Shown: one piece after another, positions 10,211 to 19,917 of the stretch | How the letters are laid out: every line of letters starts with the position of its first letter | Position numbering within the stretch: position 1 is the stretch's first letter | Assembly: GCA_020632265.1 (NCBI GenBank) | Contig: JACKFW010000001.1 | Coordinates: 534,846 to 598,845, forward strand | Direction of reading: 5' to 3' | DNA length: 64,000 nucleotides | DNA from: Pseudomonadales bacterium | GTDB lineage: Bacteria; Patescibacteriota; Microgenomatia; UBA1400; PJMF01 | Made by a program: the position numbers and the translations under genes | Notes under the pieces: generated by a model | Database searches by the model: none | Told to the model about the DNA's origin: nothing | The model's input: only the letters and a program-made list of their open reading frames with translations

Positions 10211-11008
10211 TTACCAATTGGTAAAATACTTAGAGTTTGAATGATTATTAGCAGCAATAATCCATTCACCGTCAATCCATTCAACCCAAACATTATAAGT
10301 TAAATAGTTTTTACTACCAAAAGTTACTATTTCCCCAACCCTTGTTCTTGAATCTTTAGGATTATAATTCTTATATTCAACATTCGCATTTCTCAAAAAA
10401 GTAGGTTTAATTAGAACTTGCAAGATTTGATATAAATGACTTATATCAATAATATTATGCTCAAATAATATCTTCGCAGCTTCTTGTAATAATTGATTAA
10501 TTGCTTCAGCAAAAGTTTTTCTTTTGATCTCCAAATCATCATTTGGACCTGACAAGAATACTTCTAATGCACTAATACCAGCTCCAACTCCTAGATCTGT
10601 TGAATTATCAGGAGTTTGTAGTTGATTATTTCTAATTTCTTCGTTTCGAACTAGAATTTCTAATTGTTCTTCAATTCTAGCAACAAAAGTATTTATGCTA
10701 GCTCGTCCAGATTGACGATTGTTCTCTTCCTGCCAACCGTCTAACAAAATATAACTTTCGCGACCATCTCGGTGTGTCAAATAAAGCGTAATTAAATGAA
10801 AACTGGGAAGTGTCTGTCCTAAATCAATTACAAATTGACTATCTGTATCAGTTGAACTTGCTCCATTAACCGCACTATTTACCGATACTCTGACTATTCC
10901 CATATTAACAAATTTTGATCTTCTCCTCATCAAAGCAATGAACAAATTCCTCTTTGTAAAATCGTTTTCTAACCTTAATTGATGTTCTTCAAATTCAGTT
11001 CTAGCCAT
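10211..11008 (-). CDS. Hypothetical protein (265 aa), no recognisable domain
   Basis: Long ORF with its own upstream region carrying tandem repeats. It is locally GC-richer than its neighbours. No family could be assigned by eye. Confidence 0.5.
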   Translation of the reverse strand: MARTEFEEHQLRLENDFTKRNLFIALMRRRSKFVNMGIVRVSVNSAVNGASSTDTDSQFVIDLGQTLPSFHLITLYLTHRDGRESYILLDGWQEENNRQSGRASINTFVARIEEQLEILVRNEEIRNNQLQTPDNSTDLGVGAGISALEVFLSGPNDDLEIKRKTFAEAINQLLQEAAKILFEHNIIDISHLYQILQVLIKPTFLRNANVEYKNYNPKDSRTRVGEIVTFGSKNYLTYNVWVEWIDGEWIIAANNHSNSKYFTNW

Positions 11009-11063
11009 ATTGAATTTCCTTAATATATAATTCGTTGGTACTTAAGATTCTATTCTAATCTTT

Positions 11064-11105
11064 AGATTCTTTTTACCCAATTATAGATTCTTTTTACCCA
11101 ATTAT
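11064..11105. repeat. Perfect 21-bp direct repeat x2 (AGATTCTTTTTACCCAATTAT) upstream of the 265-aa gene. A TAGCTTCTT x3 microrepeat lies at about 11208-11236.
   Basis: Read directly from the sequence. Confidence 0.8.
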
Positions 11106-11313
11106 TCCAGATATTATACACTATTTTTTGCAATTTTCAAAAAAAATAAAATCACTGATACAACATCATCCACAATACAGAAAGAATTTGACAATTGATT
11201 TTAGTTAGTTTCTTTAGCTTCTTTAGCTTCTTTATCTATTAACTTCATTTATAACTATCCTTGATAAAAGATATTCAAATAATTAATTCAGATAACTGCC
11301 AATTATATATTAT

Positions 11314-12354
11314 TTAAACATTCTTATTGATTTGATTGTTTTTAAGTTTAGAAACAGTTTTGCTAGCAACCCATACTAGTGGAATCCAAGTAATTGAATA
11401 TACTAAAACCCAGATTCCAAAATATCCAACAACCCTTAATAATTCTTTAAGTGAAGTCCAAGCTCTTAGAATTTCTTCTTTGATGGTTGGTCTAGCAGAT
11501 GGATTAAAATATCTTTCGCTATCCGCAGCTGTAATCGAAATTGAGGAGTATTCAACCTGCTGTTCAACTTGATCAAGGCTTTTTTCAGCAGCTGTAATTT
11601 GTTTTGTCAACCTATCAATTTCAATTTGAAATCTTCTCTTTTCAACTTCAGTTTTAGCATCTAACAAAGCAGCTTCTTTTAATGATTTTTGATCTAATAG
11701 AGCCTGAACGGTTTCTGTCGTACCTACCAACCTCCCAGTAATGTCACTTGCATCAATATTTTCATTCACAACTTTATCAACATTTTCAGTTACTCTTGAA
11801 GTTGCTTCCTCAAACTTTGCAACAGGAACTTTTACATACAAGTCTCCACTATTGTAATCTCCATTAGAAGAAATACTTGAATTTAACACTTTTCCATCAA
11901 TGCTTAAAAAGTATTCTTTCATTCCTCTCAAATAGCTAGGAACATCGTTTACTACAACAGAATGATATGAGGATTTTTGATAGACTCTATCATTAAGATA
12001 TAAATAATCATCAGCAAAATACGGAATTGGCATTGATCCCGTTGTGATCGAATCATTCATTTTATCTATGAGCATTGGCTCTGGCATTGGCTCTACAGGA
12101 AACTCATCTGAAACAGGAAAATCAGGACTTGGATATTGCATATAAGCATCAGTATCCCGTGTAGACTGATCCATACCTTGCATATACGGCTCCATGTCTT
12201 GCATACTCACAGCATCTTGGCCTCGCATACGACTAAAAGATGGCAATATTTGAGAATTTTTTAAGAAAGAAAATCTCGAGTTCATTGCAAATACAATTAA
12301 ACTTGTTACTACACCTAAAAATACCACTACAAAAAAAGTTTGTTTATTTTTCAT
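11314..12354 (-). CDS. Membrane-anchored protein with Met/Asp/Pro-rich low-complexity region, coiled coil and C-terminal TM hairpin (DUF4349-like architecture)
   Basis: N-terminal signal anchor (FFVVVFLGVVTSLIVFAM). Central coiled coil (EVEKRRFQIEIDRLTKQITAAEKSLDQVEQQ). C-terminal hydrophobic hairpin (VVGYFGIWVLVYSITWIPLVWVA). Confidence 0.4.
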   Translation of the reverse strand: MKNKQTFFVVVFLGVVTSLIVFAMNSRFSFLKNSQILPSFSRMRGQDAVSMQDMEPYMQGMDQSTRDTDAYMQYPSPDFPVSDEFPVEPMPEPMLIDKMNDSITTGSMPIPYFADDYLYLNDRVYQKSSYHSVVVNDVPSYLRGMKEYFLSIDGKVLNSSISSNGDYNSGDLYVKVPVAKFEEATSRVTENVDKVVNENIDASDITGRLVGTTETVQALLDQKSLKEAALLDAKTEVEKRRFQIEIDRLTKQITAAEKSLDQVEQQVEYSSISITAADSERYFNPSARPTIKEEILRAWTSLKELLRVVGYFGIWVLVYSITWIPLVWVASKTVSKLKNNQINKNV

Positions 12355-12458
12355 ATACTAGAAATTATATCAGATTCGATAATTATCTCAAATTTTTTAT
12401 AGATTTATTTTCAACATCATAAATAATAATAGTTCTGGCATTTTTTTTGAAAAAATAT

Positions 12459-14711
12459 TTAATTTTCAACTTTAGAATTTCTTAAATATTCCATGATTTT
12501 TCCAGAATTAACTTCTCTTGGTTTACTTCCTTGAGCAGGACCAACCATCCCTGCATCATATATTTGATCAAGAATTCTGGCAGCTCGATTATAACCGACA
12601 GAATATTTTCTCTGGATACTGGAAGAAGATCCTTTGCCAGTTTGAGCAACATATTTAACTACTTCATCAAATAAATCATCTCTATCAGAACTAACGGATC
12701 CAGAGCTACCCTTTTCCCCTGAAGCTTTATATTTATCAGTAACATCCTCAGAGTATTCAGGTTTCTGACCCTGAGCCTTAATAAATTCAATCATACTTTT
12801 AATTTCAACTTCAGATACAAAAGTGCCCTGAATACGACTTGGTCTAGATTGATCCGGAGGTATATAAAGCATGTCTCCTTTTCCAAGTAGTTTTTCTGCA
12901 CCTGGAGTATCAAGCACCACGCGCGAATCAGTCATACTTGAAACGTTAAAAGCAATTCGGGTAGGAATATTGGCTTTAATCAAACCGGTAATCACATCAA
13001 CAGATGGTCTTTGGGTTGCCAATACCAAATGAATTCCTACTGCACGAGCCATTTGAGCTATTCTTGTAACACTCTCTTCGACCTCTGAAGGAGCGTAAAG
13101 CATAATATCAGCCAATTCATCGATCACAATAACAATGCTTGGCATTGCAGCATGACCTGCGAGCTCATTATATCCAGCAATATTTTTAACTCCCACCTCA
13201 GCAAGTTGACGATATCTTTTATCCATCTCATGAGTTGCCCACTTCAAAGCTGAAACAACTTTTTTAGGATCTACAATAACTGGAGTTAATAAATGAGGAA
13301 TATCATTATATGCAGTAAGCTCTACTCGCTTTGGATCAACAAGAATGAACTTTACTTCATCTGGACTAGCTCTGAAAAGTATAGAACAGATAAATGTATT
13401 CACACATACGGACTTACCTGACCCAGTGGATCCAGCAATAAGTATGTGTGGCATTTGAGCAATATCTACTACTAATGGTTTTCCAGATACGTTTATTCCC
13501 AAAGCTACGGCTAATTTTGAAGGATGCTTTTTAAGAATTGGACTGCTGAGCATTTTTCTTAAAGTAACATATTGCAAAGAATAGTTAGGAACTTCAACGC
13601 CAACCAAGGACCTACCGGCGATTGGAGCTTCGATCCTTACTTGACCTCCCTTTGCAGCCAAAGCTAGAGCTAGATCAGTAGATAAACCAGTTAGTTTAGA
13701 AAGTTTAGTACCCTTAGCAATTTCAAGAGCATATTGAGTAACTGAAGGCCCGTAATTAGCCTCTTTAACTTCAGCTCTGATTCCAAATGATTCCAATGTT
13801 TCCTCAATAATATCTGCATTTTTATTAACATCTCCTCTGTCGGCTTTACCACCTTCTGAATTTGATAATAATGAAAGTGGTGGATATTCCCAAATCTTTT
13901 GTGTATTATTTGGAGTCATCAAATTCTGATCTAAATCACTGTTCACATCATCTTTGCCAATAATTTTTTCATCGCCTGATAATGCTATACCACTTGATTC
14001 ATTATCAGAAAATGCACCACCATCAACTCCCCCACTATTGATACTAAAAGAATCATTCTTATTTTTTCCCAGACTAAGACCAAGTTTTGGCAGTTTAAAA
14101 CCACCACTTGTTTTAATTTCAGCTTTATCAAATGAGAAATTCGAATCTTCCTTAACCTTAGATTTTCTATTCAAATTTAACTGTGAAAAAAATTCAGCAA
14201 TTTCATGAATAGACATCTGCGTGATGATCAATATCCCAATCATCATCAGGGCAAAAAATACAACATACGTTCCCATTGGGGTAATCAATGCTGAAAAATT
14301 GGCCGAAGTATCAAAACCAATTTTACCAGTCTTAAAAAATCCCAACCAACCAAGCATTATTAACAAAGTTCCAAGCAAAACATGAGGTTTTGACCACATC
14401 CATTTTGTTCTGAACATGACCATTCCTGAAGAAATAAATACAAATGGTAAAAACAAAAGAGAAGTTCCAAAACTTCTAACTAGATATTTGTTGAGATTCG
14501 AAAGCAAAGCACCCTGACCTGTCATGGAAACAATCACAATTAAACCTATTGAAATTAGGATTATAGCCACAACCGAATGGATTGTCTCTGTTCTAATTTT
14601 TAGTTTTAGTGGTTTTCTTTTTCTGCTTCTGCCCATACTTTTTATAAAAAAACTCAACAGCAATAATACTTTATTTATTATAGGATACACTACATTCCTC
14701 TTTGTTGGCAA
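12459..14711 (-). CDS. ftsK: DNA translocase FtsK/SpoIIIE
   Basis: N-terminal TM segments, a linker, then an FtsK motor with Walker A (GSTGSGKSV), a Walker B region (IVIVIDELADIM) and a C-terminal gamma-like winged-helix domain. Confidence 0.9.
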   Translation of the reverse strand: MPTKRNVVYPIINKVLLLLSFFIKSMGRSRKRKPLKLKIRTETIHSVVAIILISIGLIVIVSMTGQGALLSNLNKYLVRSFGTSLLFLPFVFISSGMVMFRTKWMWSKPHVLLGTLLIMLGWLGFFKTGKIGFDTSANFSALITPMGTYVVFFALMMIGILIITQMSIHEIAEFFSQLNLNRKSKVKEDSNFSFDKAEIKTSGGFKLPKLGLSLGKNKNDSFSINSGGVDGGAFSDNESSGIALSGDEKIIGKDDVNSDLDQNLMTPNNTQKIWEYPPLSLLSNSEGGKADRGDVNKNADIIEETLESFGIRAEVKEANYGPSVTQYALEIAKGTKLSKLTGLSTDLALALAAKGGQVRIEAPIAGRSLVGVEVPNYSLQYVTLRKMLSSPILKKHPSKLAVALGINVSGKPLVVDIAQMPHILIAGSTGSGKSVCVNTFICSILFRASPDEVKFILVDPKRVELTAYNDIPHLLTPVIVDPKKVVSALKWATHEMDKRYRQLAEVGVKNIAGYNELAGHAAMPSIVIVIDELADIMLYAPSEVEESVTRIAQMARAVGIHLVLATQRPSVDVITGLIKANIPTRIAFNVSSMTDSRVVLDTPGAEKLLGKGDMLYIPPDQSRPSRIQGTFVSEVEIKSMIEFIKAQGQKPEYSEDVTDKYKASGEKGSSGSVSSDRDDLFDEVVKYVAQTGKGSSSSIQRKYSVGYNRAARILDQIYDAGMVGPAQGSKPREVNSGKIMEYLRNSKVEN

Positions 14712-14732
14712 GAGGGAATTCTTAAATATATA

Positions 14733-16397
14733 TTACACGTCCATAAAGACGCATACAATCATTGGTTCTCTTCTGATAATTTTATAAAGTCTTCTGGAAA
14801 TTCTTTTTTCGACCAAAATCTTTAGCATTTCAAGTTTGGTTTTTTTTCTTAATTCTTCTGAAACCACCCTTGCTGTTTCAGTTTTAATAAATTGAACAAC
14901 ATCTTCGGCTTCTTTCATAAAAACAAAACCGCTTGAAACAACTTCAATTTTTTTCAATTCCAGATTGCCTCTCACCCTTGGGATAATGATAGTAACTATA
15001 CCAGCCTGTCCTAAAGAACGCCTATCTTTTAACACTTTTGGTCCCACATCTCCAACACCCAAGCCATCAATAATTTGAGGTTTTAAATTGATTTCATCTA
15101 CAACTGAAAACTCACGGTTTTCAAATCCAAGAACCTCACCTGTATCTGGGATTAAAACATGATTCTCATCAAAACCTAATTTTGAAGCAACCAATTCAAA
15201 GAATTTGAATCTATGTCGATCATCTCCCCCAATTGGCATAACATATTTGGGTTTTATCAAACTTAAAAGTTCTTGTTGCTCTGGAGCACTAGCATGCCCT
15301 GACTTGTGTAAATCAGGCATAACAGCTGGATAAACAACATGAATTCTATTTCTACAAAGTTCGTTAATTGCCCCATAGAAAGTTAGTTGATTTCCTGGAA
15401 TGGCATCTGCTGAAAATACAACCGTATCGCTTTTTTTAATTCTTAATATTCTATGTTCGCCATATATTGCTCGAATCAATGAAGATCCTTCTTGTCCCTG
15501 ACTACCAGCAACAATAACGCATAATTTTTTGTCATCAATATCCTCAATATGCTTTTTATCAATCTGCATTCCTTCTGGGATTATTAATTTTCCTAACCTG
15601 GTGGCAACTTCAACATTTTGCTCTACTGATCTACCAATAAACACTACTTTACGTTGATATTTTTGAGCCGCATTGATAGTTTGTTGGATTCTATGAATAT
15701 GCGAACTCATTAAAGTCATTACCAACTTTCCTTGAGTTTCTGCCATCACTCTCTCGATTGCAGGACCTGTTAATGATTCAGATTCTACCCAATCTGGATA
15801 TTCAACTCTAAGGCAATCAATTAATAAACAAAGTACATTTTGATTGGCCAGCTGAGATATGTGTTCGAGATCGGACACTATTCCATCCACCGGGTTTGGA
15901 TCTAACTTGAAATCACTACCGTGATAGATTAATCCTTCTGGAGTTGAAATTAATATATGCCTGGTATCAGGAACTGAATGTGTAACAGGAAAAAATCTCA
16001 CTGAAAAATTATTGCCTATTCGAACCTCGTTTGTATCGTTAACAACTGTTACAAATCTGCCAATTTTGCCATCTCTCATTCTTTGTTCTGCAAAACCAGC
16101 CGTCAATGGTGATCCAAAAATTGGAAATTCAGGCAGGTCGGAAAGCAAATAAGGTAATGCCGCAATATGATCATCATGACCATGAGTTAAAACCATTCCA
16201 ACAATTTCCTTTCCCTCGTCAATCTTTTTTAGCAAATAAGAAATATCAGGAATTAATATATCAACACCTGGCATATAAGAATCTGGAAATCCAATTCCAC
16301 AATCCACAATCAGGATTTCATTTTCATATTCGTACAAAAACATATTTTGGGTTACTTGACCCATTCCACCTAGTGGAATAATTTTCAATTTAGACAT
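14733..16397 (-). CDS. rnj: Ribonuclease J (metallo-beta-lactamase/beta-CASP RNase)
   Basis: HGHDDHIAALPYL metal-binding motif, beta-CASP region and C-terminal domain. About 554 aa, typical for RNase J. Confidence 0.9.
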   Translation of the reverse strand: MSKLKIIPLGGMGQVTQNMFLYEYENEILIVDCGIGFPDSYMPGVDILIPDISYLLKKIDEGKEIVGMVLTHGHDDHIAALPYLLSDLPEFPIFGSPLTAGFAEQRMRDGKIGRFVTVVNDTNEVRIGNNFSVRFFPVTHSVPDTRHILISTPEGLIYHGSDFKLDPNPVDGIVSDLEHISQLANQNVLCLLIDCLRVEYPDWVESESLTGPAIERVMAETQGKLVMTLMSSHIHRIQQTINAAQKYQRKVVFIGRSVEQNVEVATRLGKLIIPEGMQIDKKHIEDIDDKKLCVIVAGSQGQEGSSLIRAIYGEHRILRIKKSDTVVFSADAIPGNQLTFYGAINELCRNRIHVVYPAVMPDLHKSGHASAPEQQELLSLIKPKYVMPIGGDDRHRFKFFELVASKLGFDENHVLIPDTGEVLGFENREFSVVDEINLKPQIIDGLGVGDVGPKVLKDRRSLGQAGIVTIIIPRVRGNLELKKIEVVSSGFVFMKEAEDVVQFIKTETARVVSEELRKKTKLEMLKILVEKRISRRLYKIIRREPMIVCVFMDV

Positions 16398-16430
16398 AAA
16401 ACTTTCTTTATAAATACTTTAGTTACAATT

Positions 16431-16480
16431 TATTGCCTTAGATATATTGCCTTAGATATATTGCCTTAGATATATTGCTT
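16431..16480. repeat. 14-bp tandem repeat TTGCCTTAGATATA x3 (plus a degenerate fourth copy) immediately upstream of rnj
   Basis: Read directly. Each unit carries -35-like TTGCCT and -10-like TAGATAT/TATATT hexamers. Confidence 0.8.
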
Positions 16481-16508
16481 TAATAATAAATTATTTTTTA
16501 ATAACAAT

Positions 16509-17348
16509 TTAATACCTACTATTCTTTAATTTACTTGATACTTTTGGCTTTGCAAATACATTGATAACTTTGTTATCACCCCAACCTACATGTAAGAAGA
16601 ATTCTCTTAAACGGTTGGTCTTTTCATTATTTTCAAATGTTGAACCTGCCACAACCGAAGCAATAAACGTTGCAAACATAAACCAATACATTCCATTTGA
16701 AATATTAAATTTTGGATCAAAAATAAAATAAATCACTATATGTACTAAAAGAAATAAAGCCAAAAATAGCTTCATTAGCCTCATAAAATTTCCTTGAAGC
16801 GCGTCAGAATTCCAAATTGCTAAAAATAATAAAATTCCAAACAAAAATCCAGAACCAAAAACTAGATAGAATTGAAATTTAGTTGCCGTCGCTAACTCAA
16901 GGGGAACTAAAACATTGACGACGGATAAAAATGTTCCCAAAACCATACCACCTCCCCAAATGATGATGTGAGTCCACCACAAATGAAAATATTCCGACAG
17001 ATGAAAAAGATCGAATTCGGGATCATGATGTCTCTTAATCCAAAAAGTTTTTGTTAAGGAATGAATTGAAATTGCAGCAAATACGATAAATGACATCACG
17101 CTAAAAATAGTATCCACAACAAATAAATCTGTCACAGAAAGACTCAATTCTAATTCATTTCTTAATATATAAAAAATGAATGATTTCATCCAAACAAACA
17201 TTGTTGGAGCAATTATAAATAAATAAACAAACTGGACTAAATCTAGTTTAAATATTTCCTTTTTGTTATTTTGAAATCTATAAATAAAAAAACCAAATAC
17301 AGAAGTAATTAAAGGGATGGCAAGTAAAAAAATTTTCATAATAAACAA
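16509..17348 (-). CDS. Polytopic integral membrane protein, unknown function
   Basis: Around 8 hydrophobic helices spread through the protein. No recognisable motifs. Confidence 0.5.
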   Translation of the reverse strand: MFIMKIFLLAIPLITSVFGFFIYRFQNNKKEIFKLDLVQFVYLFIIAPTMFVWMKSFIFYILRNELELSLSVTDLFVVDTIFSVMSFIVFAAISIHSLTKTFWIKRHHDPEFDLFHLSEYFHLWWTHIIIWGGGMVLGTFLSVVNVLVPLELATATKFQFYLVFGSGFLFGILLFLAIWNSDALQGNFMRLMKLFLALFLLVHIVIYFIFDPKFNISNGMYWFMFATFIASVVAGSTFENNEKTNRLREFFLHVGWGDNKVINVFAKPKVSSKLKNSRY

Positions 17349-17414
17349 TTATTCATTTTAACATATGTTGCCTGCTTAACTATTGATAGATTCTCTGTTA
17401 TAACTTTTAATAAT

Positions 17415-18074
17415 ATGCCGATTTCAATTCTCACAAACTCAGCACATGGAAAAATTGTTTCTAATAAGATTCATAAATCTTCAATTTTTGAACATATAAT
17501 TCATAAATGCATGATGAAAAAAGCTAGCGAATCTTACAATCACGTAAAGGATTTTATAAAAAAATCAGATAAAATCCTTGATGTTGGTTTGGGAAGTGGA
17601 ACTTTTTCCAGTTATCTTAAAAATAAGAATTACAAAATGTTTAGCGTAGATGTTGTCAATATGTCTCTTTACAAAGATATTCAACCAACTATTTATAACG
17701 GGAAAAAACTCCCATATAAAGACGATGAATTTGACATAGCTCTTTTAATCAGTGTGTTGCACCACTGTGGCAAAAATAAACAAAATTTAGAAGTTCTAAA
17801 AGAAACTATGAGAGTTTCTAAAAGAGTGATAATAATCGAAGATTCATTTAGAAATGAATTGGAAAGAAAAGTTGTATCTGCAATGGATCAATTTGCGAAC
17901 TGGGAATTTTGGAAGCATCCATATCTTACTAACAACCAGTGGTTTAAATTTATTAATAGAAATCATTGGCATACTGTCTTTGCAAAACAATATTCCCAAC
18001 TAGCTTTTGGAGTATTTTATACACATTATTGCATGTATGTTTTAGAAAAACATAATTCTAAAAATTCAAATTAG
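17415..18074 (+). CDS. Class I SAM-dependent methyltransferase
   Basis: Motif I (ILDVGLGSGTFSSYL), followed by an acidic motif-II region and a motif IV-like segment (LLISVLHH). Confidence 0.6.
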   Translation: MPISILTNSAHGKIVSNKIHKSSIFEHIIHKCMMKKASESYNHVKDFIKKSDKILDVGLGSGTFSSYLKNKNYKMFSVDVVNMSLYKDIQPTIYNGKKLPYKDDEFDIALLISVLHHCGKNKQNLEVLKETMRVSKRVIIIEDSFRNELERKVVSAMDQFANWEFWKHPYLTNNQWFKFINRNHWHTVFAKQYSQLAFGVFYTHYCMYVLEKHNSKNSN

Positions 18075-18758
18075 TCAAAATAATTGTTCAATTATTGAAT
18101 TTTGAATGTCATCAAATTGCGTTTGCTTTTCAATCCAATCAATAGCTTTTGGTATTTTTTTAAAATCATTAATAAACGCTTGTCTAACTGTTCCATTTCT
18201 CAAACCTGCGGCTGGGTGGTACATTGGTAAAATAAATAAATGATTATTGTTAAACCACTTCATCTTATAAAGCCTACCATGAACTTTTGATATCTTGGCA
18301 TCAAACAAAAATTTTGCCATTCCAAATCGACCCAAGGTAACCACCAGCTTTGGATTAACAATTTCAATTTCTCTATCTAAAACTTTTTTATATGCTTCAA
18401 TTTCTACTGGAAAAGGATCTCTATTTTCTGGAGGTCGAACTTTAACTATATTTGTTATATACACCTCTGATTCAAGAATACCTACTTGCACAAGAGTTTG
18501 ACGAAAAAACTTTCCAGAGCGACCTACAAATGGCCTACGCTCTACAGTTTCATAATAGCCAGGGGCCTCACCAATAAACAATATTTTTGCATCTTCAAAC
18601 CCTTCTCCAGGAATAATGTCAGATGGTTTTTCGGCAAGGGGAAATTTTTTATAATTATTGATCACATTTTGATATAAATCCAAAAGTAAATGTTTTTTGT
18701 GTTCTAAAACTGATAGATTTTTATCTAAAAGGGTCTTTGGCATACAAGATTTTATCAA
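18075..18758 (-). CDS. Uracil-DNA glycosylase, family 4 (UdgA type, Fe-S)
   Basis: Motif A (GEAPGYYE), RPFVGRSGK and the C-terminal HPAAGLR region typical of family-4 UDGs. Confidence 0.8.
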   Translation of the reverse strand: MIKSCMPKTLLDKNLSVLEHKKHLLLDLYQNVINNYKKFPLAEKPSDIIPGEGFEDAKILFIGEAPGYYETVERRPFVGRSGKFFRQTLVQVGILESEVYITNIVKVRPPENRDPFPVEIEAYKKVLDREIEIVNPKLVVTLGRFGMAKFLFDAKISKVHGRLYKMKWFNNNHLFILPMYHPAAGLRNGTVRQAFINDFKKIPKAIDWIEKQTQFDDIQNSIIEQLF

Positions 18759-18834
18759 AAAATATCTAAATAGTAATATTTAAGACACAGGTTTAATAAT
18801 AATATTTATTATACAAGTTGAATAACTTAAAAAT

Positions 18835-19896
18835 TTAATATTGAGGCAGAAAGATGTTTCTATTTTCTAAAGTAATTACTACTTCAGGATAACCTTTTTC
18901 AATAATTATTCTAGCGGCTTTTCTAACAGCACCCTGTAAAGTTCTTCCCAAAGTTCTAATTCCAGCATCGAATCCCAATGGTCTAGTAACAACTGGCCAG
19001 ACATCCTCATTAATAATAAATTGTTCGGGATTTAATCCAGCATCTTTAAGTAATCCTGGCAATATATATTTTTTTGCAATAACAATTTTTTCATGATCAG
19101 TATAAGAAGGCATAGAAATTCTTTCCATACGATCCATAACGGCTGTAGCAATTGCTGTAGTATTATTAGCTGTGGCTAAAAAAATTGCATGTGATAAATC
19201 GACTGGAAAATCAATATAGTTATCTCGAAAAGCATGATTTTGTTTGGGATCTAATAATTCTACCAAAACACCCATAATATCTTTATTTGCTTCCGAACTG
19301 CTTCTATCAATTTCGTCCAATAGAATGACTGGATTTCTAACCCCTGCCTCGCAAATTCCCTTAATGACTCTTCCTGGTTCAGAACCTAAAATCAACCTTG
19401 AATTACCTCTAAGCTCTGCAGCAGATCCCATTCCACCAAAAGGAATTCTTACCAGTTTTCTTCCTAATGCTTCCGATAAAGATACTGCAAATGTTGTTTT
19501 TCCAGTTCCAACAAGACCAACTAACAACAAAATTGGAGCTCTAAAATCATCAAGAGTATTTGGATTTTGACTTCTCAATTTTAAGACAGCCACATATTCT
19601 AAAAATCTATTTTTAACATCTTGCATACCAAAATGATGTTTTTCAAAAATAGCTTTAGTTTTTTCAAGATCTAATGTATCTTGGGTTTCGTTTTCCCAGG
19701 GAACTTGTAAAACCCACTCAATATATTTTGAAACCTTTTCATATTTTTCATCATAGCTACCTAAGGCCACGCTTCTTTCCAGTGACACAATATCTTTATC
19801 AACCTTACTTCTCATCTCTGCAGGAAGCTTGGATAAAGAAACTTTTGATTTGAGCTCATCAATTTCTTGCTCTAGTATTTGTTTATAATCTGTCAT
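18835..19896 (-). CDS. Lon-derived AAA+ ATPase lacking both the N-terminal substrate-binding domain and the C-terminal S16 protease domain
   Basis: Collinear with the central region of Lon. It has a coiled-coil/helical segment, then VLQVPWENE...KNRFLEYVAV and Walker A (LLLVGLVGTGKTT). LVRIPFGGMGSAAELRGNSRLILGSEPGRV resembles the Lon GGxxDxAEIRGHRRTYIGxxPG block. Walker B (ILLDEID), sensor-1 (ATAN) and MDRMERI follow. The ORF ends about 60 aa after the AAA+ lid. The flanking sequence contains no protease domain. Confidence 0.75.
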   Translation of the reverse strand: MTDYKQILEQEIDELKSKVSLSKLPAEMRSKVDKDIVSLERSVALGSYDEKYEKVSKYIEWVLQVPWENETQDTLDLEKTKAIFEKHHFGMQDVKNRFLEYVAVLKLRSQNPNTLDDFRAPILLLVGLVGTGKTTFAVSLSEALGRKLVRIPFGGMGSAAELRGNSRLILGSEPGRVIKGICEAGVRNPVILLDEIDRSSSEANKDIMGVLVELLDPKQNHAFRDNYIDFPVDLSHAIFLATANNTTAIATAVMDRMERISMPSYTDHEKIVIAKKYILPGLLKDAGLNPEQFIINEDVWPVVTRPLGFDAGIRTLGRTLQGAVRKAARIIIEKGYPEVVITLENRNIFLPQY

Positions 19897-19917
19897 TTAT
19901 TTTTCTTTTTTTCAATT

